Both the position numbers and the translations under genes were made by a program. A stretch of 64,000 bases of DNA from Eledone cirrhosa (lineage: Eukaryota), in assembly GCA_964016885.1 (NCBI GenBank), contig OZ024763.1, positions 9,300,001 to 9,364,000 of the forward strand, read 5' to 3'. Positions within the stretch are counted from its first letter, which is position 1, and each line of letters starts with the position of its first letter. Shown piece after piece: positions 52,366 through 64,000 of this stretch. A model generated the notes under the pieces. The model did no database searches and had not been told where the DNA came from. It saw only the letters and a list, made by a program, of their open reading frames with translations.

Positions 52366-52927
52366 AAGTGCAAATATATATATTATATATAGAGAGTGTG
52401 TAGAAATATGTGTGTACGTGTTGTAATAAGTCAAGATATTTCACTACAGATAGAAAATTTCACAATATGTGTTGTGATGGAAAATGAAATAATACATACT
52501 TTAGTTTTGAAGGCCAAATATAAAGTCAAGAAAAGTTAGGAAAAACTAAATGTTCACTGATTTCTGATTAAAAAAAACAACAGCAATCACATCACGATGT
52601 TGGGGGTAGTTTGTGATGAAATATTTAATAATACAGATGATAAAACAACAACTATAAGGTAAATAAGTCACCCTATCTTATTTACAAATATTAACGTTCA
52701 CCTTCATATGAAATAATTACCATAAAAGATAAAATTAGATTAGGTTTAAGTTGTAACGATGTGATGATAGGTTCCACTGTCTAAATGATACCGGTGACAT
52801 GATTTAAAGTCCCCTACATAATTTAATACATTCAGAAACTCCTTCAGTTATATCAATTTACACCTTCAAACAAGATATTAGTTCTTTATTCAGATTTGTA
52901 TAAATTGTGGTTAGAAAAAGCTAACTC

Positions 52928-53120
52928 ACTTACCGCTAAATCCCTCTGCTGGTTTCTCCTCTTCCACGTGTGTCCAACTCCTTAACACCGGGAGCTGCCA
53001 AAACTCGCGTCCACACCATTGCTGGTCACCACTAGAGTGAGACCCATCTGGTCGAGCATCCTTCCGGCCAAGCACCCTTCCGGTCGAGCACTCCCCCGCT
53101 TCCGGCCACCGCACACCACA
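52928..53120 (-). promoter_or_regulatory. Candidate noncoding first exon of the ZNF gene with splice donor
   Basis: GC/CpG-rich patch in AT-rich DNA ending on the minus strand in ttagcg|GTAAGT (52933-52928); possible acceptor ttttctatctgtag near 52444. Confidence 0.4.
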
Positions 53121-53859
53121 CCATACCCACATAAATAACATTACTAACTTTACAAAGTTGTTTATATTAAAACAAAACACATTATTAAAGGTAATAAAAT
53201 AGAAAGAATAAACTGGAAATGAAACGAAGAAAAAGGAAAACGAATCAAGCAACGAAAATAATTGTTTCTACTTTTGGCACAAGGCCAGCAAATACCTAGT
53301 ACATTACTGGTACTTTATGTTATCGACCCCGTAAGGAGGAAAAGCAAAGTTAACTTCGAAAATAATGGGAGAGAGGAGGGACAGATACTATACCCCAGTC
53401 TGAGCCCCACCCCACAGACAAAATGGTAAAGGAGTTACCACGGAAAATAGCTAGAGAAACCTACTGCAACACCCACTCCTACCTCACGGGGATCCTTTCT
53501 CAAGTGGGCTACAGTCTGCAATTTTGGGAAGGAAATCAACATTGTGGAGACAAAGAGAAAGTGGCTAGTCAGGCCAAGTAGTTAACTATCTTCCCCTTCT
53601 CTGTATTGCAGGTAGTGCAGCCAGGGTTTGTGGTCGTAGTGAAAAGACTGGAGGCATAGAATAATCCAACTAATGCTGCTGCTCGTCTTTTTCAGCTATG
53701 GAGATTAGAGACAAGTAGAATGACATGTCCTGCTTAAGGACACAATTTTGGGGAGGAAATCAGCAGTGTGTTGACAAAGAGAAAGGGGTTGGTCAGACCC
53801 CGGTATTTAACTATCTTCCTCTTCTCTACATTGCAGACAGTGAAGCCTGGGTTTGTGGC

Positions 53860-54620
53860 CTACCTACTCCTTTCCTGCATACAAAGGTTGTATGCAGGAA
53901 TGGAGTAGCTAGAATCTTGCCCCCAAAACAAACTATGGGTACACAATAGATGTAGTGGGAAATCAGGCAGGCAAGCAAAATTCACAGATTTCATAAGTTA
54001 ACGCTGCTCAGGGGCAGTAAGCAAAAACCCTCAGGAAGCAAGCTCCTTCAATTGTACGGAGGACCCCATAGAAATAGTTGACAGCTTCTGATATCTGGGT
54101 AACCAAATAAGAAGCAGAGGTGGTTGCGCAGAAAGAACAGTTGCCAGAGTAAGTACGTGATGGAAAAAGTTCAGGGAGTTACTGCTGTTGCTAGTTTCAA
54201 AAAGCAAGCTGTACAATGCCTGTGTGCACTCAGCAATATTACATGGAAGTGAAACATGGGCTCTAGTGCCGAGAATCTACGGAGATTGGAAAGAAACAAA
54301 GCCTACATGATCAGATGGATGTGTAACAGTAGTGTGTGTGAATGGCAAAGAGTAAATGAATTGAGAGCGAAACTGGGTATAAGAATGATCAAATGTTGTG
54401 TGCAGGAGAGAAGACTACAGTGGCATGGACATGTGATGCACACGGACAATGATTGATGGGTGATGACAGCTGCATAAAAAGGTGCAGAGCACTAGAGGTT
54501 GTAGGAAGCCCTAAAAAGAGGAGGTCTCAGGGAGATGTGGAATGAAACGATAAAGGCTGAACCTCCCAATGGAGTTGAAACAGGACTTTGGTCTCTGGCG
54601 CTACAATGTACGACGAAAGA
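53860..54620 (+). mobile_element. Decayed RTE 3' fragment
   Basis: LRRLERNKAYMIRWMCN...ERRLQWHGHVM. Confidence 0.85.
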
Positions 54621-54740
54621 CCTATGTTGACAACTGAATCCCGGGCCTTGCTCATACCAATGCCATCCAGCTCCACACTGTAAACATGGTTGATGGCAGG
54701 ACAACCCATTAATGTGGCAACTATATCAGTAAGGGATCGC

Positions 54741-55450
54741 GTGGCCAACTGGCCCTACCTCCCGCATAGTGGGATCTCCCAAATTATGGATCCGATGTAG
54801 GAGGGATATGGCGTGGCCAATTGGCCAGATCCTCCTCATAACTCCACCAAGAGCCCACTGTGAGCAAGGCTTGGTGTGGCTAACTGGCCAGATATCTCCT
54901 ATAATGTGACCACCCAGATCCCAAAATAAAGTTACAGCCCTGATATTCACATGGTACAGTATGACTCTCAGGCGAGACAGCTCCTATTGAGACCACTCGG
55001 TGGGTCCATTATGAGTAAAGCTTAGCACAGCCAACTGGCCCAACCATCCACATCCCAAATTATGGTTCTGATGTGAGCAGGGTACAGCATGGCCAACTTG
55101 GTCAGACCCTCCTCATAATGGCGCCACCCAGGGTTCTATTATGATTAAGGCTTGGTGCAGCCAACTGGCCAGACCCCTTATAATGGGTTCACCCTGATCT
55201 CAAATCACTGCAACAGTTCCACTATGTGTAAGGTATGGCACGGCCAACTGGCCAGACTTTCCTCATAGTGGGACCACCCAGCTCTCAAACTATAGTTCCA
55301 CTGTGAGCAGGTTACAGTGCGGTCAACTGGCCTGCCCTTCCTCATAACAGTACAATCCAGTTCCTCACTGTAAATGTGGTTGTGGCTCCCAAACTATGGT
55401 TCTGCAGTGAGCACGATACGGCACATCCAACTCGCCTGTCCCCTCTCATA
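54741..55450. repeat. Degenerate tandem array, about 9 units of 60-100 bp, core GGCCAAYTGGCC
   Basis: Core recurs near 54743, 54815, 54878, 55029, 55091, 55159, 55241, 55321 and 55425, usually followed by cctcata and preceded by tgtgagca-like words. Confidence 0.85.
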
Positions 55451-55812
55451 ACAGTACCATCCAGTTCCTCGCTGTAAATGTGGTTGGTGTTAAGAAGAAC
55501 ATCCAGCTGTAAAATTCCTGGCCAAATTTATAGTTCCATCTGAGCAAGGTATGGTGCGGACAATTTGACGGGAATTGACTCATGATGTGAACGACCCATT
55601 TAACCCATGCAAGCATGATAAAACGGTCGTTAGACTGTGATAATGATGATGATGAAGATATATATACATAATTTGGAGAATCCGTTGAGATAAGTTCAAG
55701 TTTATTATTATTATTCGTATCTCCAAATTTTTCGGTTCCCATGAGATTTGTACATTATATATATATATATATATATATGTAGGTATGTGACATGTATAGA
55801 TGTATGTATATA

Positions 55813-57033
55813 CAGGGTGGGGCATAATTCCTGTTACAAAGTTTTAAATCAATTTTAAAAATACATTATGTTGCTAATATAACTGATATATTTGTATCAA
55901 ATCCATGCACTACAACCATGAAAATGGCCTGACCCCACCCGAGATATTTAAACTGGGGAAAACTCTTAAGATCAATAGAATGTTGATCAAAAGGACAATC
56001 GATCGATTTAAGGAAACTTCATCGACCAAAGACAGACCTCGATCCGGACGCCCTCGCACCTCAAGAACACCAAAACTCGTTAAAAGTTTGAGGGAAAAAA
56101 TAAGGTGTAATCCAAGAAGGTCCATGAGAAAAATGGCAGAAGAAGCAGAAACATCGCCAAGAACTATGCGGAGGATATGTCGAGATGATTTGGGGATGTC
56201 ACCCTATAAGTTCCAAAAGAGGCAGCTTCTTTCTGCAGCCACAATTGAAAAGAGGCTCTCCAGAAGTAAACTATTATTGAACCGTATCAAGGATGGCAGG
56301 CTGCAAAACATCCTGTTTACAGATGAGTAGTTATTCACTGTGCAGCAGTCTCACAATCATCAAAATGATGGAGTACTTGCAAAAAGTCTCAAATCAATTC
56401 CTTCAAGTGTAGGAAAAGTGTTCAAAACACAGAAACCAGCATCAGTGATGGTTTGGGCAGCCATTTCTGAAAGAGGGAAGTCTCCTCTGATTTTTGTGCC
56501 TCAAGGAGTTAAAATTAACAAAGAACTTTACATAAAGGATATTTGGGAAGGAGCATTGATGTCATGGTGCACATCTGTTTATGACGATGACATTTGTACT
56601 CTCCAACAAGATGGAGCGACGAGCCACACTGCTCGTGTAACACAACGGTGGTGTAGAGATCATTGTCCTGCATGGATCAGTAAGGAAGAGTGGCCTCCCA
56701 CATCACCAGATCTCAACCCTCTCGATTTTGTTTTTATGGTCAATTCTTGAGAGTGAAGCCTGCTCTACTCCTAGCCAAAATATTGAAACTCTCAAATCAA
56801 AACTGAATAAAGTATGGGAGAAAATACCCATGGAAACTGTTCGTGCAGCCATCAAAGACTTTCCTAGAAGACTTCGAGCGGTAGTGAGAGCTAGATGAAA
56901 GCATTTTGAAGAAATGTTTGTGCAGTTGTTTAATAGTATATTACTTACTATTTGTTGAAGTCAGATCTTGAAATAAATGTTTTTTTCAAGAACTATTTGC
57001 CTTTTATTTTGTAAGTTTTTATGCCTCACGCTG
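55813..57033 (+). mobile_element. Tc1/mariner DD37D (maT-like) transposon, full length, inactivated
   Basis: Imperfect TIRs cagggtggggcata / tatgcctcacgctg with TA flanks; RSGRPR, ILFTDE, VMVWAAI, QQDGA..H, WPPTSPDLNPLD with 37 residues between the 2nd and 3rd Asp; stop at 56328-56330 and a later frameshift. Confidence 0.9.
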
Positions 57034-57293
57034 TATATGTGGGAGATATATATATGTATAGTATATATAGGATGTATATGATATATGTGTGGGATATATG
57101 TGTGGTATATGTATAGGATATATATAGTGTGTATATAATATGTTTGGTACATGTGTAAAAAATATATATATATATGGTGTGTGTATAGGATATATATATA
57201 TATGTATGTAGAAAATATATATGTGTGTATAAGTGGTGTGTATATATATGTATGTGTATGAAATATATCTATATGTATGTATAGGATATATAT

Positions 57294-58205
57294 CTGGCTT
57301 GATTTCTACAGATGGATGCCCTTCCTAACACCAACCTCATTTACAGTGGGTGCTGGGTGCTTTTTTTCCATGGCACCTACACATCCACTTTGCAGTGTGG
57401 GGGCATATTGTCTATATGCTTCAGCTTCGGTTTGTACCTGTGGGAAGCCGGGTCCTCTGTATTACTGCATGACGCCAGAGGTCCCGGTCCTGTGTCATTG
57501 CCTTTGAGAGGTGCAATTGGGTAAGGTCGGTTTTTATCACCTCATCCCAGGTCTTCTTGGGTCTCCCCACTCCGCGGCTTCCATTGACTTCTAGTGCTCT
57601 GCACCTTTTTATGCAGCTGTCATCCTTCATATGCATCACATGGCCATACCAATGCAACCTCTCCTGCACACAGCATTTGATTCCTCTTATGCTCAGTCTC
57701 TCTCTTAATTCGTTTATCCATCGGAGAAAGCAAGTTTTGTTTCTTTCTAATCTGTGCAAGCCTTCCACCTTCAACGCCCAGGTCTCACTACCATGTAACA
57801 TTGCTGTTCGTATACACGCATCATAGTCTGCTTTTCATTTTGAGGGAAAAGCCTTTTGCAGCTAGCAGTGGCAGTAGCTCCCTGAATTTCTTCCATCCTG
57901 TTCTTATTCTGGTTACTGTACTTTCTGAACACCACCTCCGTTGCTAATTTGGTCACCTAGATAGCAAAAGCTTTCTACTGTTTCTACAGAGCCCTCCCAG
58001 AGTTAGTCTCCTGTAGCCATTTGCTGCTTGCGGTCCCAGTGCAGCTGCTGCATGTAAAGCCTACATTCTTAACTAAGCTGAGATCCCACTACACTTCGTG
58101 TACCCATTGTTTGCATTTGGGGCAGAGGATGGGGCTCTGTTTTCTCGTATACTTATGAGGACCTTAGTCTTTGAGACCCTTTCTTTCTAGTCCCTGCTTC
58201 CATGT
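57294..58205 (-). mobile_element. RTE 3' fragment, decayed, same family as 62330-64000
   Basis: MLHGSETWALKVE...GVGRPKKTWDEVIK...DRDLWR; the 3' UTR matches the SINE tail. Confidence 0.9.
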
Positions 58206-58226
58206 TATAATGTTATCAAATATATA

Positions 58227-58514
58227 TCATCATTTCATTTAACGTCCACTTTTTCCCTGCTTGCAAGGGTGGGACGGGAACTGATGCTGGCTTGATTTCT
58301 ACAGCTGGATGCCCTTCCTAACACCAACCTCATTTACAGTGAGTGCTGGGTGCTTTTTTGCCGTGGCACCTCCACGACCACTTTGTGTGTAAACTGGAGC
58401 AATGTGAAATAAAGTGTCTTGCTCAAGGAAACAACACATCACCCGGTCTGAGAATTGAACTCACAACCTTTCGATTGCAAGGCCAATGCTCTAACCACTA
58501 AGCCATGTGCCTCC
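58227..58514 (-). mobile_element. OK-like SINE, second copy with an internal deletion
   Basis: Aligns to 1147-1481 but lacks about 50 bp of the middle. Confidence 0.88.
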
Positions 58515-59331
58515 ATAATATATATATATATTATATATATACACAATATATAATATTGGGAAAGGTCAATACAGTTTGGCACCAGTCACATCACAACTAA
58601 TATATACATTATATATGTATACTACATATACATTATATATACACAACATATACACTATATTAACGCAACATATACACTATATACACACAACATATACATT
58701 GCATATACACTGTGTATATATTTACTATAAATGTGGTCCAAAGTAAAGTCTGAAACAGCTTGGCGTCATCTGCTTTCTCTGCTATCTAGGGCTGGACAGG
58801 TCTTCACAGACCAGGGTGGAGTGGGGATCCATATCTTGATTACATATGGTCCCACATTCTACTGAGTAACACCAGCAGAAGGGATGTTGTCATGTCATTT
58901 ACACAGCAGAAGGGTCCTCCTAACACTTTTTAGCAAGCTTTCTATAGCTGGGTGCCCTTCCTATAACCAACACTTGGGCGGTTGTCATGCCCGGAACAGA
59001 GCTGAAGTGTCAATAAAAACCTGTTTGGCAGGCTTTCTTTAGCTGGGTGCCCTTCTTATCACCAACAACTTTACAGCAGGTACTGAGCACTTTTATATAG
59101 ATCTCAACACTACAGAGGTTGTCATGCCCTTGATAGAAAAGTAGGGTCCTCCTAACACTTTTTTTTTTTGCAAGCGGTCAATAGCTGGAAGCCGTTCCTA
59201 TAACCAACCACATTAAAGCATGTAGTGGGTGCGTTTATCTTGTACATCACCAACACTAGAGAAGTTGTCATGTCTTTGACACTACTTCTCAACATACATG
59301 TATACTCTGTACATACTATGTATAAACTATA

Positions 59332-60726
59332 TCTAGATATCTAAAACAGAGAATGTCTGTCCGTCTGTCTGACTCCCTAAAACTCGAGAACCACCCAACT
59401 GATTGTTTTCAATGTAATACTTATGGTCCTGTGAGTGTTTTGAGCAAAAACTATTTAGATTGCTAAATCCCATAATGCCCTAGGGACCGCATTAGGGGAT
59501 TTAGCGATCTCTCTCTATAATTCTTAGTCTTTCTCTTTTTAGATAGATACATAGATATAACGTCGCGCCCTTATAATATCTGTCTGTATGTCTGCATTAC
59601 GACATTTTGACGCTACGTGTGTGTGTGTGTGTGTATACATAGAGTATGTGTGTATATATATATATAGTGTGTAACGTTTTTCGAAAATATTTACTTCTGC
59701 GTTCACAGATTGATCTTTTTAGTTTCAGAAGATCCCGTTAAGGGTGAAAGCAGCTATTCTTTGCTTAAACTTTAATCCGTTATTTTAATATATATATATA
59801 TAATTATATATTCATGTACAGAGATTTTTGCATACATAATAATTGTTTCTACTTTTGGCACAAGGCCAGCAATTACCCAATGCATTACTGGTACTTTATT
59901 CTATCGACCCCGGAAGGATGAAAGGCAAAGTTAACTAATAAAATATAAACAAAAGTATTTATTTCGCGATAAAGTATTGATTTTCTTTGCACGGAAAAAA
60001 AAACGAATTTTTTTTATAAGCACAAAATGTAGACACCATCCCGAGGCTGAGGTATTTCGTACAATGTCCGCCAAATGGTTGAAATCTTCAAACGAAAGAG
60101 AAACTCACGAACATTATAAAAACAGACTTGGAAATAAAGGGACAAGTAAACATTGTGACATTCAGCAGAATATAAGACGGGAAACAGAAAGGTTAAGACA
60201 ACAAGAAACGATTGCGACTTTCTGAAAGTGTACAGAACCTGAGATTGGAAACAGTTTTTCTTCTTACCTTAATCTTTCTATCGTAATAAACAGAGGTTAA
60301 ATATGAAAATCACGAAGAGGCAATGAGTAGCATGGATATTACACTTGGCATGTGTTGCTTAGGAAGAAAGGTCAGACTTTCACTGAGAGGTCCCTCCAGC
60401 TTTTATCCATACATTGTTTACAGACTGTACTAACGAAGCTAAACATTTCAGAAGCAATGTTATGCGGTATATTGCTGCGTTTCAGATGACAACCTTTGGA
60501 GCTGAAAAAGATCATACTAACTATGGTTATTTCCCATTTAAAATCCAAGGTCAATGCTACCATTTAATCAGTAATCAGCCTAATAAGGAAGTTTTATGAT
60601 TGTTTTGTTTGTCTCTCTCTCACACACACACATTACGGTCCCACCTCATACTGTAAACCAGACAACACATCCAATAGTCGTTTTCTCTCAACTGTTCTCC
60701 TGGATAAAGCCGTGTACCTCAGCTAG
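59332..60726 (+). mobile_element. Internally deleted Helitron
   Basis: 5' A|TCTAGATATCTAAAACAGAGAATGTCTG; RYIAAFQMTTFG...FKIQGQCYHLI; CTAG|T at 60723-60726. Confidence 0.65.
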
Positions 60727-61239
60727 TATATATATATATTCAGTACACACATTATGCTGTCCAAAGGAAAGTCAAAGGCCGATACAGCTTGGCACAAGTA
60801 TTTTCGCAACTTATTTTTTTTTCCAGCTGATTGGAAGGACACATGTTGCCCAGCCAAGGGATTGAATTTACAATACTATGATAGTGAGCCCAACACACTA
60901 ACCAATAATTTATTACCCTTTTCTTGTTGACTTCAAGAGTCCTTGTGAAATAAAAAGGTAATATTTCACCATTGAGATGATCACAAGGCCAATCTATCAA
61001 ATAAAATTTACTATCCAGTCACTAAAATGTTTGGTGTGTTTGTGTGTGTAATGTGATAGAGTGTGGCGTGTGTGTATAGTGTGGTGTATCTGTATAAAAA
61101 AGGAGAAATTTTCTTTAGATGAGTGTGTTTAGTGTATAGAGAAAGTTTTAACTTAACATTTAATCATAAAATTTACACAGATAGGACCTCCTAGGAGAGG
61201 TGTGTCAGGACTCTACCCACTACGTCCCTCTCATGAATA

Positions 61240-62295
61240 AGTGAAGAAAAAGAAGAAACTTGTAAAATATTTATATAAATAAAAATAAAAAAAAACACCA
61301 ATTTAAACTGTCATGAAAATATCATCCAACAAATATTAAAGTTATAAAATTGTTTTTATTTACAAAAATGTGGATATTTTGTCACAAATATAAATATAAA
61401 CCAGTTAGTGAAGAACGCATCAATCTTTTGTTTTGTTTTGAACTGGTGGAGCCCTTCTCTCTTCAGGTTTGAACAGTTGATTTCTTCCAGAGGAGGAAAG
61501 AGGAAGTGAGAAAGAAATATAGAGAGGAGGAACAGACCCCAGTACTGGACTGGTATTTTTTTTATCAACCTTGAATGGATGAAAGGCAAAGCAGAGCGGA
61601 GAACCAATATGGCAGAAAGCATTCCCTCCATTGTTTTATAGATGTTAAATAATTGTTTCTATTTTTGACTCAAGACCATCAATTTGAAGGTAAGGAGAAA
61701 GTCAATTAAATCAACTCCAGTACATTACTGGTACTTTATTATTGACCACGTAAGAAAGGTAAAGTTGACCTTGGCAGGATTTTAATTCAGCATGTAAAGG
61801 GCTCTAACTACGTGACACAAAGCATGCTGTCTGAAACTCTATTGATTCTGACAATCCACCACCCTCAGCAATAAAATGAGATAGCGTCTCTATAAGAAAC
61901 CTTAATGACAAATAATATGAAGCAGAACTTTCCAGGGTGTATTTGTGGATTACAATACAAAACCTCTGAGAATGATTTCTAACATATTTCACCATAATAA
62001 ATATTCATCAATATATATATATTATTATTATTATTAAATCCCGTTGAAGTTAACTTTGCCTTTCATTCTTACGGGGTCGATAAAATAAAGTACCAGTAAT
62101 GTACTGGGTAATTTGCTGGCCTTGTGCCAAAAGTAGAAACAATTATTATTTATTAGATCAGATGGATTGGCCAAAACAATTCTACTGTTCTCTTTCAGAT
62201 GTCACGATCTTCCATGGCATTCTTGAGATCATTAATCTCCAGTTGGACATCCCGAGACAGCTGATCTATTGTAGGTCATTCTGCTAGGGTCTTAC
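61240..62295 (+). repeat. Segmental duplication B, copy 2
   Basis: Colinear with 47920-49575 but without the RTE insertion. Confidence 0.9.
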
Positions 62296-62329
62296 CCCGT
62301 GTGTATGTATATATATATATATATATATA

Positions 62330-64000
62330 TAGAGGGGCCAGCAGTACAAGTCAGCAGCAGCGTAGTAAGTAAAGCAATCAAAGATATGAAGATGGGGAAG
62401 GCAACCGGTCCATCGGGTATAGCTGCCGAGATGCTGAAGGCATCTGGGTCTGTAGGGCACACTATAACCACACGTATTGTTAACCAGGTAATACTAGGTG
62501 TCATACCGAAAGATTGGTGCAGTAGCATCATTGTCAACTGCTACAAAGGTAAAGGTGATGCACTAGATAGAGGAAACTATAGAGGTATGAAGCTGATGGA
62601 CCAGGTCATGAAAGTAACAGAAAGAATTATAGCACAGTTGATTAGGGACCGGGTGAAACTAGATGAGATACAATTTGGGTTTGTACCAGGAAGAGGCACC
62701 ACTGATGCCCTCTTCCTTGTGAGGCAGTTACAGGAAAAGTACCGAGCTAAAAGTAAGCCACTCTACCTGACATTCGTCCATCTCGAGAAAGCCTTTGACA
62801 GAGTCCCACGTGCTGTAATCTGGTGGGCTCTTAGAAAACTAGGAGTAGATGAATGGCTTGTGAAAGCTGTACAAGCCATGTATAGGGGAGCAGTCAGCAA
62901 AGTTAGGATTAGCAATGAGTATAGCGAGGAATTTCGCGTACAGGTTGGTGTCCACCAGGGCTCTGTTCTTAGCCCTTTCCTGTTCATCATAGTCCTGTAG
63001 GCAATAACAGAGGAGCTTAAGACCGGATGCCCATGGGAACTCCTATATGCAGATGACCTCGCACTTATAGCTGAATCTATGGTAGAGCTAGAGAAGAAAT
63101 TCCAAACTTGGAAGCAGGGACTAGAAAGAAAGGGTTTCAAAGTCAACATGACAAAGACTAAGATCCTTGTAAGTAGACGAGAAAACAGAACCCAGATCCC
63201 CCTCAGGGAAATGGCCTTGCTCAGTATGTAGGAACTCCATTCTCTGCCCCAAATGCAAACAATGGGTACACAAGAGATGTAGCGGGATCTCAGGAAGCTT
63301 AATTAAGAATGTAGGCTTCACATGTAGCAGCTGTGCTGGGACAGCAAGCAGCAAACAGCCACAGGAAACAAGTACCACCAATCTCTGGGAGGGCTCTGTA
63401 GAAACAGTAGACAGCTTCTGCTACCTAGGTGACCGAATTAGCAGCGGAGGTGGGTGTTCAGAAAGTACAATATCTAGGGTAAGAACGGGATGGAAGAAGT
63501 TTAGGGAACTACTACCACTGCTAGCTGCAAAAGGCTTCTCCCTCAGAATGAAAGGCAGACTGTATGATGCGTGTATCCGAACAGCGATGTTACATGGTAG
63601 TGAGACCTGGGCGCTGAAGGTGGAAGACTTGCGTAGATTAGAAAGAAACGAAGCCTGCATGCTCCGATGGATGTGTAATAGTAATATACGCGAACGGCAA
63701 AGCATAAATGAATTGAGAGAGAGACTGAGCATAAGAGGAATCAAATGCTGTGTGCAGGAGAGGCGGTTGCGTTGGTATGGCCATGTGATGCATATGAAGG
63801 ATGACAGCTGCATAAAAAGGTGCAGAGCACTAGAAGTCAATGGAAACCGCGGAGTGGGGAGACCCAAGAAGACCTGGGATGAGGTGATAAAAGCCGACCT
63901 TACCCAATTACACCTCTCAAAGGCGATGACGCACGACCGTGACCTCTGGCGTCACGCAGTAATACAGAGTACCCGACCTCCCATGGGTACAAGCTGAAGC
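62330..64000 (+). mobile_element. RTE LINE, 5'-truncated, inserted in (TA)n, runs off the window
   Basis: ORFs 62299..63000 and 63548..63997 carry RT motifs (YADD near 63050); an in-frame stop and frameshifts lie between them. Confidence 0.95.

Noticed and set aside
54741-55450. CRISPR-like repeat/spacer pattern
   Set aside because: Eukaryotic context, degenerate repeats, mutually homologous spacers, no cas genes
59459-59510. Hairpin gattgctaaatcc...ggatttagcgatc as a pre-miRNA
   Set aside because: Short, inside a Helitron, and without supporting expression evidence

Overview
Repeat-dense, AT-rich eukaryotic genomic DNA, most likely an octopod cephalopod (inferred from SINEs resembling octopus OK/OR families and a fingers-only C2H2 gene). 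Only one convincing host gene is present: a 9-finger C2H2 zinc-finger ORF at 51001-51756 (-). The rest is nested, mostly decayed transposons: a Penelope-like element with pseudo-LTRs, Gypsy pieces, RTE, CR1-group and CRE LINEs, several Helitrons, Tigger/pogo, a DD37D mariner-like element, hAT and Merlin MITEs, SINEs and satellites. These sit on two local segmental duplications whose empty and filled sites order the insertions. Four observations stand out. (1) Both Penelope pseudo-LTRs carry a type I minimal hammerhead ribozyme. (2) A perfect 142-bp fold-back with a hammerhead fold in each arm lies about 400 bp downstream of the ZNF stop codon. (3) A decayed Gypsy body lacks matching LTRs and is bracketed by near-identical copies of its own integrase tail, one fused directly to the PBS. 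(4) There is an unexplained array built on a GGCCAAYTGGCC palindrome. All calls were made by eye; boundaries of decayed elements are approximate.
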